64,000 nucleotides of DNA from Malacoraja senta (Eukaryota): contig CM075992.1 of NCBI GenBank assembly GCA_038087875.1, positions 6,140,001-6,204,000 of the forward strand, given 5' to 3'. Each line of letters opens with the position of its first letter. The stretch's first letter is position 1. Positions 60,188-64,000 of this stretch are shown here, one piece after another. The position numbers and the translations under genes are program-made. Below the pieces are notes generated by a model, which was not told the DNA's origin, made no database searches, and saw only the letters and a program-made list of their open reading frames with translations.

Positions 60188-60625
60188 ATAGAAACATCGA
60201 AACATAGAAAAATAGGTGCAGGAGTAGGCCATTTGGCCCTTCGAGTCAGCACTGCCATTCAATATGATCATGGCTGATCATCTAAAATCAGTGCCCCGTT
60301 CCTGCTTTTTTTCCCCTTATCCCTTGATTCCTTTAGTCCTAGGAGCTAAATCTAACTCTCTCTTGAAAACATCCAGTGAATTGGCCTCCACTGTCTTCTG
60401 TGGCAGAGAATTCCACAGATCACAACTCTCTGGGTGAAGAAGTATTTCCTCATCTCAGTCCTAAATGGCCCACCCCTTATTCCTAATCTGTGACCCCTGG
60501 CTCTGGACGCCCCCAAACCGGGAAATTTTTCCTGCATCTAGCCTGTCCAATCTTTAAGAATTTTAAGATGTTTCTATAAGATATCCTCTCATCCTTCCAA
60601 ATTCCAGAGGATATAAGCCCAGTCG
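60188..60625 (-). mobile_element. CR1-type LINE 3' fragment (similar ones at 53965-54255, 59325-59552, 63075-63497)
   Basis: DRLGLYPLEFGRMRGYLIET...; (TTTCTATG)n tail. Confidence 0.8.
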
Positions 60626-61279
60626 ATCGTTAGTCAGAGTGTCAGTTAGAGAATCTAATGCAAGACGCAAACTAATCATTAATCTACACGGATTATGTGA
60701 TAATGCTGGGGCCTGGCAAAAAATACTAGGGGTTGCTTGTTCAAATCTCACCTGAGGTGCGTCAAAAATGAAGACTTCACCTCTGTAGTTCCTTTGCCTC
60801 AAAAAAAGACACAAAGCACAAACTCCATGCAGGTCATGGGCAGAACGTACAAACTCCGCACAGACAGCACCAGTAGTCAGGATCGAACCCGGGTCTCTGG
60901 TGCTGTAAGGCAGCAACTCTACCACCGTGCTGCCCATGATTGATTAATTTAATTGATTGAAAGATACGGCATGGAACAGGCCCCAGAGTCCACACTGACC
61001 ACCGAACATTTTCCATGTTTCCCACTTTCTCATCCACTCACACACACTAGGGAGGATGTACAAGGTGCCCAATTAGGCTGCAAACCCGCACGACTTTGGG
61101 ATGTGGTAGGAAACTAGAGCACCTTAAGAAATGTGTTCGCAGGGATAACGTGCAAACTCCGCACAGACAGCCGCCTGAAGTTAGGATCGAACCCATGTCT
61201 CTGGCGCTGCCCCACTGTGCCGTCCACTGAATAGCCTCTACGGTGGACCCGGCTGTTGCAGATTGGAGAGAGGAAGATA

Positions 61280-61416
61280 TGAAAGAGAGAGAGAGAGAGT
61301 GAAGTCAGAGAGGGAGAGGGAGAGGGAGAGGGAGAGAGAGTGAAGTCAGAGAGAGAGAGAGAGAATGAGAGTGAGTGAGAGAGAGAGGAAGAGGGAGAGT
61401 GTGAGTGAGGGAGAGT

Positions 61417-61474
<58 letters not shown>

Positions 61475-61530
61475 GTAGACAGACAGAAGAGACAGAGAGA
61501 GACAGAAAAGAGAGAGACGGAGAGAGAGCA
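61280..61530. repeat. Compound (GA)n/(GACA)n microsatellite
   Basis: Directly visible. Confidence 0.92.
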
Positions 61531-62137
61531 GGAAAGTGTGTGAGATTTGGCAAGGAGTGGCAGCTCACCAATTCTATATCTGCAGGACCTCTGGCACAAG
61601 TTGAACCGCACCCTTGCCTCTGAACTTGGAAATTCATTAATCACCAGCTCCTCGCTTCAGGATATTACTATATTAGCACAGAAGCAACCCAAAAGAGCAG
61701 CTGCATCCAAGCCTGCTGACTACAGGAATGCAAAGCACCACCAGCCCTTGAGCTAATGCAAGTCCAGGCAGGGATAAGCACAGGGGTGATTTGATGCGTT
61801 GAACAATGCTGTCCTACTGCTCAGTAACAAGGTACAGGCTGCAAGCTAAGGTTTCATCTACTCTCAGAGCGCCAAATCTCCAATGGATGTAGACCCATCC
61901 AACACACAGACCCAGACTCCCCACCATTGACTCCATCTATAGATAGACACAAAGTTCTGGAGTAACACAGCGGGTCAGGCAGCATCTCTGGTGGGAAATG
62001 GATGGGTGACGTTTCGGGTCGGAACCCTTCTTCAGACTCCATCAGTTTAGTTTAGTTTATTATTATCATCACATGTACCGAGGTACCGTGAAAACCTCGT
62101 TATTGCACGCTATCCAGTCAGCAGATAGACTATACAT

Positions 62138-62494
62138 CAGGGGTTCTCAACCAGGGGGGGGGATTCCCCCCAGGGGGGGATTTCAGGTTTTCAGGGGGGG
62201 GAATTGGGACCACAGATTAGCAAACTCAAACTGTTAGAATGTTGATCTTTTTATTGCCTTTGAGCTCCCCAGGGCAGCACAAAATTCAGTATGCATCGGT
62301 TAGCTGCTATAAAAATAATCCATGTAAAATTGTAAATGTATATGTACTAATATGGAAAAAATAAAGGATTTTCAGTTATGCATATTATTTGGAATGCACT
62401 TTTTGAGGCAGACAATCTTGGAAAGGAGGGGGGGAATGACATTCTGACATATGGTGAAAGGGGTGCATGGGGCAAACAAGGTTGAGAACCACTG
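62138..62494. mobile_element. hAT (Charlie-like) MITE
   Basis: TIRs CAGGGGTTCTCAAC...GTTGAGAACCACTG; 8-bp TSD ctatacat/ctatacac. Confidence 0.8.
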
Positions 62495-64000
62495 CTATAC
62501 ACGATTACAATCAATGTTTAAGAAGGAACTGCAGGTGCTGGAAAATCGAAGGTAGGCAAAAATGCTCGAGAAACTCAGCGGGTGAGGCAGCATCTATGGA
62601 GCGAAGGAAATAGGCAACGTTTCAGGCCGAAACGTTGCCTATTTCCTTCGCTCCATAGACGCTGCCTCACCCGCTGAGTTTCTCCTGTATGATTACAATC
62701 AAGCCGTCCACACTGTACAGATACAGGATAAAGGGAATAACATTTAGTGCAAAATAAAGTCCAGTAAAGTCCAACTAAAGATAGCTCGAAGTTCTCCAAT
62801 CGGATAGATAGGAGGTCAGAAATACTCTCTGGTTAGTAATAGGATGGTTCAGTTGCCTGATAACAGCTGGGAAGAAACTGTCCCTGAATCTGGAGGTGTG
62901 TGTGTTCACCTTTTATTTTAGATTTGTTCAGCTTAGATAGACACAAAATGCTGGAGTAACTCAGCGGGACAGGCAGCATCTCTGGAGAGAAGGAATAGGT
63001 GACGTTTCAGGTTGAGACCCTTCTTCAGACTGAACTAAACTAAACTAAACGCTTTGTGTCGGGTCTTTTCTCATTCATAGAAACATAGAAACATAGAAAA
63101 TAGGTGCAGGAGGAGGCCATTCGGCCCTTCGAGCCAGCACCGCCATTCAATGTAATCATGGCTGATCGTCCCCAATCAATAACCCGTGCCTGCGGATCCC
63201 CATATCCCTTGACTCCACTAGACCCTAGAGCTCTATCTAACTCTCTCTTAAATCCATCCCGTGATTTGGCCTCCAGTGCCCTCTGTGGCAGGGAATTCCA
63301 CAAATTCACAACTCTCTGGGTGAAAAAGTTTTTTCTCACCTCAGTCTTAAATGGCCTCCCCTTTATTCTAAGACTGTGGCCCCCTGGTTCTGGACTCGCC
63401 CAACATTGGGAAAAATTTTCCTGCATCCAGCTTGTCCAGTCCTTTTATAATTTTATATGTTTCTATAAGATCCCCCTCATCCTTCTAAACTCCAGTAAAT
63501 TCAGTCTGAAGAAGGGCCCAGACCCGAAGCGTCACCTGCCCATTTGCTACTTGATCCTCTGTTGCAATAGTGTTTTGTGTTTTGCTAAAGGCAACTGTAT
63601 ATTGAGCAGAGGGAAAATATTCACTGGGTGGGGCACATAAGCCCCAGGACATGTTCACTCAGGAACCAGGTGGATGGGAAACAGCAAAAACCATTGTTCT
63701 CACAGAGTTGACTGGTTGGAAACTGACTGAGAATGCATGCCATTTGAATAGAACCCTCCAGGTGCAGGTCTATTTCAGAAGCGTTTTGACATGCGTTGCC
63801 TAATCTCAGATTATTTACTGGGGTTTGATGTCTCAATAACTATTTCACTGTGTCTGAAGCAAACATGAAGCATTATTTGTATATGAGGTCATTGTGCTGT
63901 GGTTGCGTTTTTGGTCACCTTATGTGGGTCTGCTTGGGCACTTGTGTTTGGGTGTGACCTTATGCTTTGACATTTTTACTGCATATGTATGCGTGCGCAC

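Noticed and set aside
61114..61644. 176-aa Ser/Leu-rich ORF
   Set aside because: Translation of a GA/GACA microsatellite

Overview
Vertebrate genomic DNA, very probably from a cartilaginous fish (skate/ray-like; inferred from abundant HE1/V-SINE-type tRNA SINEs, CR1-type LINE fragments and Penelope-like repeats). Two minus-strand protein-coding genes can be reconstructed from splice signals. (1) Bases 370-29713 hold the 5' part of a signal-peptide plus calcium-binding EGF (cbEGF) repeat gene, most like the ADGRE (CD97/EMR/F4-80) adhesion GPCRs. It has exon 1 (MGRCLPLM), exon 2, and 15 intact phase 1-1 cbEGF exons. Thirteen of these are near-identical 141-nt copies amplified in two nested tandem arrays (~1.5/3.1 kb and ~3.65 kb periods), alongside dead, truncated and orphan exons. 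The expected GAIN/7TM part is not in the window. An Ets-IRF composite motif lies just upstream of exon 1. (2) Bases 51372-57802 hold a type I keratin gene (TATA, exons 1-2 and part of exon 3), cut by a 200-N gap. Between the genes is a ~7.75-kb near-identical tandem duplication abutting the gap, probably an assembly artefact. The rest is mostly mobile-element debris: CR1, Rex1/Babar, HERO-like RLE LINE, SINEs, Harbinger and hAT MITEs, and Penelope-like repeats with minimal hammerhead motifs. Most listed ORFs are non-genic.
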